Shown here piece by piece: positions 26,665 to 38,930 of a DNA stretch of 64,000 nucleotides. The stretch covers positions 19,716,001 to 19,780,000 of the forward strand of contig CP075492.1 of assembly GCA_021613535.1 (NCBI GenBank), read 5' to 3'. The translations under genes were made by a program, and so were the position numbers. Position 1 is the stretch's first letter, and every line of letters begins with the position of its first letter. The notes beneath the pieces are model-generated. The model did not search any database. It had not been told where the DNA came from and saw nothing but the letters and a program-made list of their open reading frames with translations. Source of the stretch: Adineta vaga. Taxonomy: Eukaryota; Animalia; Rotifera.

Positions 26665-28105
26665 TACTATACTTAACGATCACTATCTATTATAGTAATA
26701 AGCTTAGATTTTTTAAAGTCCAAATGACAGTCTTAGAAATTTTCGTTTGAGCGATGAAAAACCTTATCATAACATTGGATAGAGCTCAAAGAGCTGCAGA
26801 CCAACAATCTTCTTCTTATTCTTCTAGTTTCTACGGCGACAAGATCACCAATCGTTACAAATACCACCGATACTACAACGACCCAAACAATAATATCAAG
26901 TGAGAAAACGAAAATAATCTGCCTTGTTTTTGTGAAACATCTATATAATCGTTTCTTTGTTCTTAATAGAACCTTGTCCGTTAAAATTCAAATCTATGTC
27001 CTTATATGAAAGTACAACTGATGTTCAAGCAACATCACCTGTTCTTGCTGATTTCAATGGTGACAAACAGATTGATCTTGTTTTTTACTCTGCACGAAAA
27101 AATAATATTCATGTGCTGCTGAGAAATGGCGAGGGAGATTTTGGGAAAGAATTAACAATGTCCATAGGATATTTGAGCTCGCCGATTCGAATTATTGTTG
27201 CCGATTTCAATAATGACAATAAATTCGATCTTGCTTTCACTAATCATCGGGAAAGTAAAATAGGTATTCTCTACGGACATGGCAATGGAAGTTTTCAAGC
27301 AGTCATAAGTTTATCGATCATTTCTTCGAATCCTATAGTTCTTCTGTTTGACAATCCAGTAGATATCACGACAGCTGACTTCAACAATGACAGTTACTTA
27401 GATATCATTGGAGTTTTGGACAGCCCTGTGAGCCCTGAATTTCATCTGTTTCTTGGGGATAAAAACGGGAACTTTTCGTCACAAAGGTTCCTTATGTCAA
27501 AAGGTAAGATTCGTGACTTCAAAACATTGATTGATCATGCTGATTTTAACAATGATGGTCACATAGATATCATTATATCTGGGCCAGACGAACTGAGTAT
27601 TGTTGTATTTCTTGGATATGGAAATGGAAGTTTTGGACAATTAAAACTCTCTTTTACTGGAAAAGAAATTATCAACGATATTGTTTTTGGTGATTTCAAT
27701 AGTGACACTCTATTAGACATGGGTGTTTCATCTACGGAATCGAACGATGTTCTCATTATGTTTGGATATGGCAATGGTGCATTCATTCGATGTGCAAAAT
27801 TTGATATAGGACAAGCTACGAATCCATTTATAATTGCTGTTAACGATTTCAATTGTGATGGACATTCAGACATTGTTCTTAGCCAGTCTGATCCGTTTAG
27901 AATAAGTGTTTTAGTCGGCAATGAAACTGGCAGTTTCTATATTCAGACTATATTTTCAAGTGAACTTAAGAGTAACAACATTTGGATTGGTGTCGACGAT
28001 TTTAATGGTGATCATTATCAAGATATAATTGCTCTCGATCAATCATCTGGTGCCATATACGTTCTTTTCAATACTTGTGAATGTTGTACGCATGAAAATC
28101 TCTAG
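14660..28105 (+). CDS. 12-exon membrane protein: three tandem TM-Cys-rich ectodomain-TM modules, a seventh TM, a Thr-rich stalk and C-terminal FG-GAP/VCBS repeats
   Basis: Exons 14660-14819, 15186-15478, 16739-17305, 17361-17667, 17728-17865, 20192-20808, 22526-23168, 23287-23654, 24086-25113, 25160-25272, 26828-26899 and 26970-28105 join in frame through GT-AG introns. Repeated motifs CxC...HxVCSS, STLxCxY, CAPxxCxY, GGL. Seven DFNxD repeats in the last exon. Confidence 0.85.
16099..16237. mobile_element. 139-bp MITE with 8-bp TSD (hAT-like)
   Basis: TIR CACTGTGGnnGTTAAAACTA (18/20); TSD TTGAGAAC on both sides; internal GTTATAAC/AACTCGAGTT motifs. Confidence 0.85.
16564..16636 (-). pseudogene. 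tRNA-Thr(CGT)-like pseudogene or SINE head
   Basis: A-box TAGTCTAACTGG; anticodon arm CTGC-T CGT AT-AGCAG; B-box GATTCGATTCC; acceptor stem is mismatched. Confidence 0.6.
18083..19443. repeat. Long fold-back: 549-bp inverted arms with a 263-bp spacer, in intron 5
   Basis: Arms 18083-18631 and 18895-19443 are nearly identical reverse complements; no TSD seen. Confidence 0.9.
18835..18896. repeat. Telomere-repeat fold-back element
   Basis: (TGGGTG)n-TATCTCCTCTTCTTTCAC-(CCCACA)n-CCCTCAAGAT. Confidence 0.8.
20905..22413 (-). mobile_element. Internally deleted TTAA-target DNA transposon (Kolobok-like) in intron 6
   Basis: TTAA at 20901-20904 and 22414-22417; imperfect TIRs GCCCCC(CC)TCCCyTyAGAAA; remnant ORF 21245-21640 with YQIIH...LLEL...CxxC, resembling a transposase N-terminus. 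Confidence 0.65.
21063..21110. repeat. Telomere-repeat fold-back element
   Basis: GGTGTGGGTGTCGGTGAAGAAGATATACC...CACACCCACACCC. Confidence 0.8.
26534..26660. repeat. (TA)n microsatellites
   Basis: Two TA runs separated by an AAACCCTCTTGAAGGGTT motif. Confidence 0.95.
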
Positions 28106-30379
28106 ACAATCATTTTCATCTATCAGTTCTTTTGTTTTTCGAATTACTGCCTCGAAAGACGATTTTCTAGGTTCGATGTTAACGAAACGTTTACTTGTAA
28201 GAAAACGTGTGATCGAGATTGAGAATAAAGAATAATTATCAAACGAATATAAGCAATTGATACACTAAAACTGACATCGTAACAAGCACACTTAATTGCG
28301 ACTCATTTCGTATGAGTGTGAGGGTGTTCAATCGAAAATAGATTGTCCTATCTCTTAAAGAAAGGACAAGTTTAGAAGAAACTAGCTTCAGTGTTTCTTT
28401 TTCTTCTTCAATGCATCGTTGGCTAACTAATTTATCTATCACAACCAATTAGCTCAGACTGAATTATTTGTTTTCGGTGACTGAGTCTCTCGGTTCTGAT
28501 GCTAAGCAAACAAATCTTGGAGGACCTCCTTCAGACATCAAGCGTAAACCAGCATCGCCACAATCTGTCGCTCGGTTGGATGGCGGAATGCATTTATCTT
28601 TCAATGAAAACGAAGGAGATGTGCAAGTTCGATCAACCATCGAGTGCTCTAATTGCAAACTGACTTCTTGTGGAACAAAGAAGAAAAACTGTTGATGCGT
28701 GTCATTCGTGTGGACTGCGGTGGGCTTTGCTCACCGGCAAGTTAGCAGAGTGCGTCCTGCAAATCATGGACACAGAGATATATCTGATATAACTCTCATC
28801 CCCAGGTTTAACTGAGCTTCCAGGAAAGCCAAAAAACGCACCATATGGCTTTTTTCTATAGATAAAGAATTTTCAATGAATTCTCTCTATATGAGTTTTG
28901 GGAATATCGTCATTTTTTATAAACTTTGTAGGTAACATGGATGCTTATAATAACTTATGTTTTGTAAAGACTAAATCTGAACTTCTTTAAACACTCTGGC
29001 CCACTTGAGATTCTAATCTCGACTAAATTTCGGATTGCTAGTCGAAAAATGATATTACTAAAAATGTTATATACTGTTGAGAGAATTTATCAAAAATCCG
29101 ATGTGTTCCGAATAAAGGCGCCAGATGCCTATCTTGAGGGTGAGGATGTGGGTGTCAGGAGCAGTGCAATGATGAGGGTAAGGTTTAAATTGAAGGCATC
29201 ACCCTCACCCACAGGCACATTCTTAGAAAACATGTATATTGCTGGCAATTATTCTCATCGTTAACATGCTGGATGTGAGTACCATGTTATCATCGGACTG
29301 GCTCGGATTTATGAAAACCCGATGAGATCCGATAAATCGTCTTCGACCTGGCTGGGTATTGTTTCTCAACTATTCCTCAGTCAGATGTCTTCTGCAGCAC
29401 CCTTTAGCCCGCCCCCAGACTTGCAGAAATTTTCGGAACCTCGAATAGGATATAATTAGTTAATAAAGCAGTGTGATTGATTACAGAAGAATTTTTTTAA
29501 ATGCTATATTATTCTAGAGGATCGCATCACATATAAGGATCAAATAAGTAGCTGTCCGTTATAATGATTCGTGTTTTTTAATACTGAACATTTTTTAGTG
29601 TCTTCATGTATGGAAAACGCATCCCGTGTTTGTTATTGAAGTGTATAAACATCTCTCGAAATAGCTTACATCAAATGTCCAGGAAACAGCGCATCATTCG
29701 ACTCAAAATGTGAACCATTTCTATGAACTTGAGTGAGTATCAACTCTATATTAGTTTGTATTTCTTCTGTTCTTCATTGTAATGTCTCTTTTTTTAAACA
29801 GATTTGGCGATCTAATCTATATTTATTAATAAAACTTTATATACTGTCACATGTATTTTCAACCATGCATAGAAGTCTTTGAAGATGGAAAATCAACACT
29901 GAAAAAATACAACGAAGCAAACTTTATTGAAACAATGTGGGGTGCTGAAAGGAATATTAAGCACTTTGAAATCAACTACCGAAAAAGATTATAAATCATC
30001 AGATACGATCTTTCGAAATAACTACAGTACAACTATAAGTTATGCATCATGGATAACATGTCACTATATAGTGTAAAAAGACTCTGAATATTCCAAAAAA
30101 TAATTGTTTAGAGTTGTTTTTCTTCAACAGCATAAACTATGCTTCATAAAGTGAAATAGATCAAAAGACATTCATAAATTTAGAGGGTATGCATATGACA
30201 GTGTCGAAATCACACGAATCTCATACCTTTATCCCTCACCTTCATCGTGGAGTAGATCGAACTGCTCATATTGTTAAAAAACTCAAATACGACAGGTTTC
30301 ATTTTAAGATAACCATCACACTGTTATTTTTACTTTTGTGTTAGTCTTCATCGTACAATCATATCTTTCAGTCACATTA

Positions 30380-31185
30380 TTAACCAAAATGTTTTAAAAA
30401 GCCTTCATAATTTATATATTGAAGAGTACAGTGATCTCCGACGCTTGTAAGTTCGCGAGCATAAATGTAAAATTCATCGAATGAACCATAAAACTGACCC
30501 ATTTGTATCGTACCCGTGTTGCACACCCCAGTTCCCAATAACGAGCTACCAAGCGTCATTGTCATAGGAACAGTACCGGCTTGAAACTTATACCCGCCTA
30601 CCGATCCTCTAAGGGTACCGTTAACATATAATCGTTCGCCATTAGTCAATGAATACGTTGCGATGACATGCGTCCATGCATTGAGTAGTACTGATGATCC
30701 AGTAATTGGAACGTTGCTACTATTCCAACTGTTAATAGCAATCTGTCCGGACGAAGTGAGACGCATGATAAGCAAACACCATCCACCGACCTGCGCTCCA
30801 TCAGTTCGACTGCTCAGATGCATAATGGTGCCACCAGTAAGATTTGTTGGATTGATCCAAACTGCCACAGAATACGTCCAGCCAGTCGTTCCAATACGTC
30901 TTAACCCTGTGATTTGAACGTAGGATGACAAATTTGAAAGAGTAAGAGCGTTATTCATTCGACCCAATGATGTGTAAGAATAGTGCATTCCTGTTCCATT
31001 AATAGATAAAGGACCGGAGTCGAGAAGTGTATTTCCGTCGAAGCGAAGATAAGCAACTAATGTAGCATCATCCAACACTTCTGTGACATTTTTTGCTCGA
31101 CCAAAATAAGCAATGGAGTCAAGACATCCATCAAAATAATTGTTTGGCGCATTCATCCGGTTCGTACCAATAGTGAGTGCTCTAG
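30380..31185 (-). pseudogene. LamG/concanavalin A-like domain gene fragment
   Basis: DATLVAYLRFDG...DSGP, YSVAVWINP, WTHV, LYVNG, FYGSFDEFYIYAREL; begins mid-domain with no upstream exons found. Confidence 0.75.
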
Positions 31186-31280
31186 AATACTTGTGATGAA
31201 ATATTTTTATTCGTAGAAAAATCCGTAACACATATAATGAACGAGAAATAAACTGTGAGTAGAAAAAAGTCGCTCGTTAT

Positions 31281-31350
31281 ATCTGTAAGGGTGTAGGTGT
31301 GGGTACATCTTCTTCACTCACACCCACACCCACACCCACACCCACACCCA
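31281..31350. repeat. Telomere-repeat fold-back element
   Basis: GGGTGTAGGTGTGGGTACATCTTCTTCACTCA followed by about five CACCCA units; the core is the exact reverse complement of the core at 38828-38852. Confidence 0.9.
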
Positions 31351-31845
31351 TCGACGCATTTTGTAATTCTTATTGTTTGATCTTGACAGGAATAAGAGAA
31401 ACACCCGAATTTTCTCAACACTTAAAGAAAATTTAGAAAAACTAAACAGGTACTTTTGCAGCCCTTGATGTAGCGGTTCTGATGAGATATGACAATTAAT
31501 TATATCTCTCAATACGAAAAACTAAATAGATTCACAAGATTAGTACCGGATATGTAATTTTTCAGCATATAGGGGTATGATTGCTAGACAGGAGTTTTTA
31601 CACTTTTTTTTGCTTTGAATATGGTCAAATGACATTTTCTGATTCAGTTTTTCATGTTGATTTAGAATATGATATTTAAAAAACATTCAACATAATAAAT
31701 AATCTGGAATTTTAACACTTTTTCTGCAGGAAGCAAGATATATGACATTTTTAGTCATAGAACGTATCTAGCGTTTTTCTCAGCCAAAGAGCGATCAAAT
31801 CGAAATAATTTATATATATTCGTGATCAGCGTTTCATTCTCTATC

Positions 31846-31920
31846 CAGTAGCGTAAATAGGGGGGGGGGGCGCGTGGGGCGCAACACCCCCCCTGCTTTG
31901 ACACCTGACTTACGCCCCTG
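31846..31920. mobile_element. 75-bp GC-rich MITE
   Basis: Ends CAGTAGCGTAA and TTACGCCCCTG; direct repeat CTCTATC on both flanks. Confidence 0.7.
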
Positions 31921-31989
31921 CTCTATCAATCCATATATAAACGAGCGGGAAAAAAATCCACTGAAATTTTGCATGTGTTGCACCTTACA

Positions 31990-32300
31990 TCAAATATATC
32001 TTCGATTTGATGCAAAATTCCTTTACATTTTTTAAATTCATATAATTGGATTTTCTCATTAGATAATATAAAAATTGAATGTAATTGTGATATATCATCA
32101 ATAAGAGATAAAATATACTGACAAATAAAATCTTCAATATCAGTTAAAGAATCAATTGCTTGATCAATATTATCAAATCTATCAATTTGTGGAACAATTT
32201 TTTTAAGTTTATCGATTGAATGTTGACAAATTCTCGAATCTTGACTAATATTTGAATAAAAAATCACGAAATTTTGATGTAAATATTTTCTTCGATCCAT
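31990..32300 (-). pseudogene. Truncated N-terminal fragment resembling the leader domain of bdelloid ART/TPR proteins
   Basis: QNFVIF...CQHSIDKL...FDNIDQAIDSLTDI...ISQLHSIFIL pattern; internally deleted, with no downstream domains. Confidence 0.45.
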
Positions 32301-33240
32301 TTTTGATCAATTGAAAATGAATATTCGCGTTTTTTTTCTTTTTGAGTGAGCGTGGATATTACATCTATCTCACACCCTCAAGATGGTCGCAGAAATACTG
32401 AGAGTAACATTTATCCTGGGTCACCCGTTATATATATGTCATTTCGTTGAATATTCCTGACGGCAATGACAGAACGAAAAAAAACGTCTTTGCACTTGTT
32501 GAACTTGTATTGAGTTATGTTTTGAACGAAAAAATATAATTATCAGCTTTGCTACTATGGTGATTTCTCGAAAAATTACCAGTTAACAAGAATAAAACTG
32601 ATAGAATAGTGATGATTTAAAAGAATCTTTTCAAAATTTAAATTAATTGTTATTTGTCAGCTCATATAGTTAGTACTTTTGATGCTATTTGAGCACTTTT
32701 TTATCCATACTCCTGTACTCCAGAGCATACTCCAGATTGTCCTCCAACATACTAAGTTTTCTCTGAATACTTTCGGATATAATCCGTCACTCTCAGAGTC
32801 TTCAAACTTGTTTTACGAGTCTAGAGTTGGCTGTTTCCCCCTTGAATGAAGTCTTTCTCCTAATCATCGTCATCTTCATACTGTACTCAGAACAATTGAA
32901 ACTATTAGAAAGCGTTTCTGATGAGTTAACTATATATTTTGAATGTCAAATAAATCGTTAGTTTGATTGCTAGTGTGTAGGCATACAAAAAAAACAGCTG
33001 GAAGGTGTGGCTGTCTGTAGATATAAGTCTATTCTTTTCGGAGATGTATTTCTCGAGGATGTGATGGTGAAGATGTAAAGAAAGAGAAGATACCCATGCC
33101 CACACCCTCCCCTCATTCTCACTCTCAAGTTTTTTCTTTGGCAAAGTGACTTTTGGATCGTCATATAAATAATCTGAGATTATTTCTGAGCAAAGCCAAC
33201 AAAAAAATCATAAATGAACAACAAGTTTGAATAGTTTATA

Positions 33241-36200
33241 TCACTTCAATGTGCGTATTCTCATCTTCTTTAGAGTGGTTCCACTCAATATCCCGGTTAT
33301 GGACATCCATTTGAGGAAGTTCTTGCCAATCAATGTCTCATAAAATTCTTTCTTGTAGATAGTAGACGGTAGAACATAGAGGAGAAAACCAAGAACTTGT
33401 GGAGCATACGAAAACAGATAAGAACCAAGTAGTGTATGACGTTGCCAGTCAGTTAATTGTGTTACATGCAAAACTAAATGTAAGAATGACTTGAGGAAGA
33501 GCTGAAAGAATAATAATCGTTGGAGTGATATAAAGTTCTTTCTGAGTGAAAAACTGCTTTTTTAACACTTCACCAAACGTTACCCATCCGACAATCGTTT
33601 TCAACCGGATACGTGCAACCAGAATAACTAACAAGATAACGCAAATAACTTGAACGAAGAATGGAAAGAGATGATGAATTAGAGTGGAGATTCTGTTATA
33701 AGTGAAGATTAGATTAGTGTCAAAATTTGTGACGCAAATAGGTAAACCAGTAGAATGATGTTGAATGACTGTGTAATACATTATTTCATGTGTATGCATA
33801 CCAAAGAGAAAGGTTGTTGTAAAAAAACTTATTACAATAGCTAGACGAGAGTTTTTTACAGAAGATAAAGTTGGAAATATAACCATCAAAAGACGATCAA
33901 CAGAAACCCAGCTTGTCAACCAGTAAGTGGATCGAGTCATCACAGCAAGAAAACAGGATATTGCTTTACACGATATAATATCAATGATTCCAAAAGTAAT
34001 TTGAATAAATTTAAAAAGTAGAAAAAACAAAGCAGTTTGATTGAAGCAACTAACAATCAACAAATAGTTACCAACACTGAAATTTCGTGGTGTAGAACGT
34101 TGAAATGTTACGAATGAACACAAATTATTACAGAATCCTACGATACAGAGAAGACAAACTATAGAGCTATAGATAATCTTCGATTTTTTCGAGCATCCGA
34201 CAAGAAGTGAATCAAGAGTGAAACTAAATGCTTGCATACTAAATTCACATCGATCCCCTTGATGACAAAAAGGACAAAAGCAAATAAAGTCATTGGGGTT
34301 TTGTAGATCACCTTGAAGGCATTTTCCTCCAAAAAGACATTTGGAACAACGATCATGTTGAATATCTAGAATAAAACATTCGGCACGATACCGGTCTTTC
34401 TCACAAATGCAGAAATAGTTTTCATCATAAAAACACAAACGTTCAGTGTCGTTTTGACAGATATAATGATATTTGAAGATAGCTGTAACAAAGTGATCAA
34501 TTTCTGCAAGTAAAATTCATTCCATGTAAATAGTCTTATTGACGGAAAAACTTACCTTCGGATAATAGTGATGAAGCATGTGGACAGTGATATGGAGATG
34601 ATGTAATATTAATCTTCGTTTGGTACAAAAAATATATCAGGAAATATTGTGGATTTAATGAATCTTCGTATATTTTGAGAGTGGCAAGTACAGGTGGATA
34701 CATATTAGATTGGTACTGCCTAATTGAGAATGGTATTTTTTTATACATTTGCTGTTGTCTAATGAGCAGCATAAAATTATATAGCTGATAATCGTAAAAT
34801 TGAACAACAGCAGCACGCACAGACCATGTCTTTGTCATATTCAGTTCAATATAAACTGATAGATTCTCTTCTTGACATTCGGATCCACCGAATCGCTCTG
34901 TACAATTGCACCAATAGAGATTTTTACCCGTAGGATCATAATTAGAAAAGCAGGTTCCATTGTTCAGACATGGATTTGAATGGCAATAATCATATTTCAA
35001 ATTACAACGTGGTCCAAAATGATTCTGCGGACAAATGCAATATAGTTTGTTCTTTCCATTTTCTAGATTAGAACCATCAGGTCGACAGAATGCGTTGGCT
35101 GAACAATAAGTCTCACAAAGAGGTTCGTACATGTTACAGTTTGTTCCATAGTAACCACTGATACAAGAGCAATAATAAGAGTTATTTTTGTTGAAAACTG
35201 GAATACAAGTGGATTTCTTATTACAAGTGCTTTTTGTACAAGGGTCAAGTGTTGCATTTCCAAGCCAAAATGGAAATTTCAATACAACAGCTAAACGAAA
35301 CGCCGGTAGATAATCAAAATAAATTGGATAAAACCAAGAGCCCATTTGTTTTATATTGTTGTTCTCTTCAAGACTGAAAATATCGAAGTGGATTGAATAC
35401 GGATGATTGTTGATCACATCACTTCGATTGAAATATCGACTTTGCTTATGTGCTAGCATTTCAGTAGTGCGTGCAAAGAGAAGATAGAATTTATGTTTGA
35501 TGATCTTGTCTTTTTCTAGTATTGGAACAACATGAAATTCATGATGATCAATGATTCTATTATCAAAATAAAAATTAACTCTGATTTTGAGTGTGACATT
35601 TAATATTCTCTTTAATTCTGATTCTTGATCAATAAGTGCAATAATACTAATTCGATCACTGAAGAATTCGCACCAATCACCATAATAAGCAGGGGGACAG
35701 AAACATCGAGTCTCATTCATTTGAAGAACAGTGATGCCTTGATTACATTTATATGAATGTACTCTAAAAGGTTGATCATCTTGTAGATTAACACTAGATT
35801 TAGATAACTGTTGTTGTTTCACTCTCAGCATATCTTCAAATGGGTATTGTAGTGGAAGACCAGAATCGTCGGATTTTAGTGAAATTTGCCATTTGTCAGA
35901 ACGATATTTCATTTGATTATTCATAGTGCCAAATACACACCAATACTCAACTTCACCATTCAAACAATCAAACTTCTGATCACACCTTGCATTCTTCCTG
36001 CAATGGTTCTCTCCCAAACAAATGAAATCATTCATACCGGAACATGAACCATCATTATCGCGATAATGCGAACAAAGAATCTGATCACAGCCACTCTGTT
36101 GATGGCAAGCATCTGGGTAGATTATATGTTCATTTCCACAGTTAAAATAGTAACCCCACATATTTCTTTTGTCTAAATTCGCTGTGAATGTATTTTTTTC

Positions 36201-38567
36201 ATCATAGGCATTGTAGCAGTCTTCTATACCATCACCAATCTGAGTAAGATTGATACAAGGACGATTAGATTGAATATCCAGTGGATTTGAAACTCGAGAT
36301 AGATAACAACCAAATTCAAAGGATGTATTACAAATATTAGAAAATGGAGATTTAGAATACCGTTGTTGACATTTTTCAAGTTGCGTAAATAAAGACCCTA
36401 AACGAGCATTGTGAACTGAAGGCTTTTCACTCAGAACCACTGCTTCTTCATCTGACGCATCGGAACAATCCCATTCGCCATCACACACCCACGCGAGTGG
36501 AATACACTGCCCCGTTCGACATTGGTATTGATGATTCTGGCATGTCCAATATTGACATGAAGAAGGCGTTTCATCAAAATGTGTGTCGGAATTCCAGAAA
36601 CTATCGCAATAATGTCGAAAAGGCATACGATCCATTGTCTCCTCTGGTTGAGAATCAATGAAAGAACTATTGCCACTTGGATTCTTAGTGAATGACTGTT
36701 GTATGTATTCTTTCAGACGATGACAATCAGTTTTTACCGCATTAAAACAAAAAAGTTGAAGTCTAAGGTCAGTGCCAGTACCAAACCAACTTATATCATA
36801 GTTATTCGAACAGTCAGCGTACCCACTACCCAACACGGGCAGTTGAAGGCATTTATGCTGATCATTGAAGCACTGAAATCGGTGTCGTCCTACATTTTCT
36901 GTGCAATAGTTCTTTCCGGGGTCAAGTTTTTCATCTTGTTGATCATAGCAGTCCGGATATCCATCACGAATTCGATATTGTGATATACATTCTCCTGCAT
37001 AACTACATATGTCAGGATTGACAGCATATGGGCGACCATTGAACGTTAATGAGTTATTCCAACAGAACTTATCGTTTTGATAAGGTGACAAAAAATCTTT
37101 GTATCCGTAAAACGGAGTATTGATAGCACACAGTATCTTATTGAGAGAAGGATAACGAATCAAATGAAAGTTGATTAATAGTTCTAGGGGAAATATTGCT
37201 TCATAAAAATATCCTCGGCATCTTAAACCTCCAGAAAGTAAAAAAGCATGAGGGGCTGGATTTTCCATAGATTGACTGTAGTTGTAAATGAAGAAAATGT
37301 TTGGATCGATTAATCCATCGGGTGGATAGAAGATAATGTTATGTGAATACGGACACAAACTTCTCATTATTTGTAAGCAATTTAGATGATTGCATGGACA
37401 ATCATGCTCGAAACCTTTCGACAAAACACACCGAAATAGATATTCACATTTTTCCTCGTCGGAAAGTTTTGATGTGTTAATCATGTTCCATGGAGGATAT
37501 CGAAGATCATCGTAATCTTTATCCGGCAAACATAGTCCGCTTTCAAGTGTCCAAGCAGTTCTACGTTGACTCACTTCACACATGTAATTCAAATTACGCT
37601 TGTTGAAACAATCATTCTGTACTTTAGAAAATCGTTGAAATGCCATTCGAGTCTCCCATGGAACACATTCTCCATCACCACATGAGTACATTTCGATAAG
37701 ACATAAATGTTCATCGCATTCAATTGCGTTTGGCTCGACTGAACATATTTGTCCATAATGAGAATGGTATTCGTCGCTCCAATCCATACAATCGTAATCA
37801 CCTGTGAATAAGATCAATATACTAAGAAGTTCTCTCTAGAATCTACAGTACTTACCATCTGCCCAGAATTCTTCTGAGATGCACATTCCGTTGTTGCGTC
37901 GAAATTCATCATCCTCACATTCGTTGAATTCTAGCTTATCGCAATTTTCTTCATCAATACCATTTGAACACCTTTGCTTACCATCGCAAATCTCACGCCA
38001 GTCGAGACAAAGAGGACTCGACGGATAGGATAATGTCTCATAGCAGACAATCTTTCCATGTCGCTGACTGTTCCATGAATCATCCTGTTCTTTGTCAAGT
38101 TTCTTTTGTTCAAATTGACTCTTGATTGCATCAGTGAAGGATTTTGCGTTATACGTTAACTGGTATTCACAATATTTACCGAATGTTCCCGACGTGGTAC
38201 AGTTGCACACAAATTGATCGTTGTCATTGACAGACAACGAACGATTGTAGAATACAGCGGCATATAAATCAGCCATCTCGATGCTTGAACTATATTCGAG
38301 GACGAATCTTGGATGAACTTCTTGCTTGAGTAAACTATCAAAGGATAATTTCGTTCCTTGATGGTCGCATTCATTTTTATGTCGACTGAGTAATTGACTT
38401 CCATTTGGACGTCGACAATATGCAATCTCTTGTCCAACATCGTGTGAATGATACATACAATCAAATTTCTCAACTGCCTGATTATTCTCTGTGTTAAATA
38501 GTAAAATTCCACAATGAATGATAGTGAAAGAGAAGGAAATGAAGCTAATTATTATGTTTCCCCACAT
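33241..38567 (-). CDS. LDLa- and EGF-repeat rhodopsin-type 7TM receptor, with a +1 frameshift near 33462
   Basis: Signal peptide; LDLa motifs (CDGxxxCxxGxDE, [13 protein letters not shown]); EGF motifs; TM region with DRL. Exons 38567-37856, 37801-34556 and 34503-33241. TM7 lies in a shifted frame. Confidence 0.85.
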
Positions 38568-38790
38568 TACCGATCTGTCTCACTTTTACAACTAATATGA
38601 GCTGACAGCTACCATCTCATCAACACTATTGATTAATAACTAACAATGCAGATAACATTGTTGACAGTATGTTACTGTCAGTGATGGCATACACTAATAC
38701 TAATAAAGATTGAGTTGAATTATCTAGTCTGACTGGCTAGAACATCTGTCCGGATAGAAGAAGATGAAAATTCGATCGGCACGAAGGTAA

Positions 38791-38930
38791 TGTGAGGGTG
38801 TGGGTGTGTGAGGGTGTGGGTGGGTGTGGGTGTGAGTGAAGAAGATGTACCCACACCCACACCCACACCCACACCCACACCCACACCCACACACCCACAC
38901 CCACACCCACCTACACCCACACCCTCAAAT
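38791..38930. repeat. Largest telomere-repeat fold-back element
   Basis: Mixed TGAGGG/TGTGGG arm, core GAGTGAAGAAGATGTA, then about 12 ACCCAC units ending CCCTCAAAT. Confidence 0.92.

Noticed and set aside
26970-28105. FG-GAP ORF as bacterial contamination or a stand-alone gene
   Set aside because: It has a splice acceptor and joins in frame to upstream spliced exons.
28709-28745. GC hairpin CGGTGGGC-TTT-GCTCACCG as a Helitron 3' end or terminator
   Set aside because: No clear CTRR terminus or matching 5' end; too little evidence.
38720-38930. ORFs rich in GV/CG/PT/PH dipeptides (also at 11178, 18834 and 31318)
   Set aside because: They are translations of telomeric hexamer tracts, not genes.
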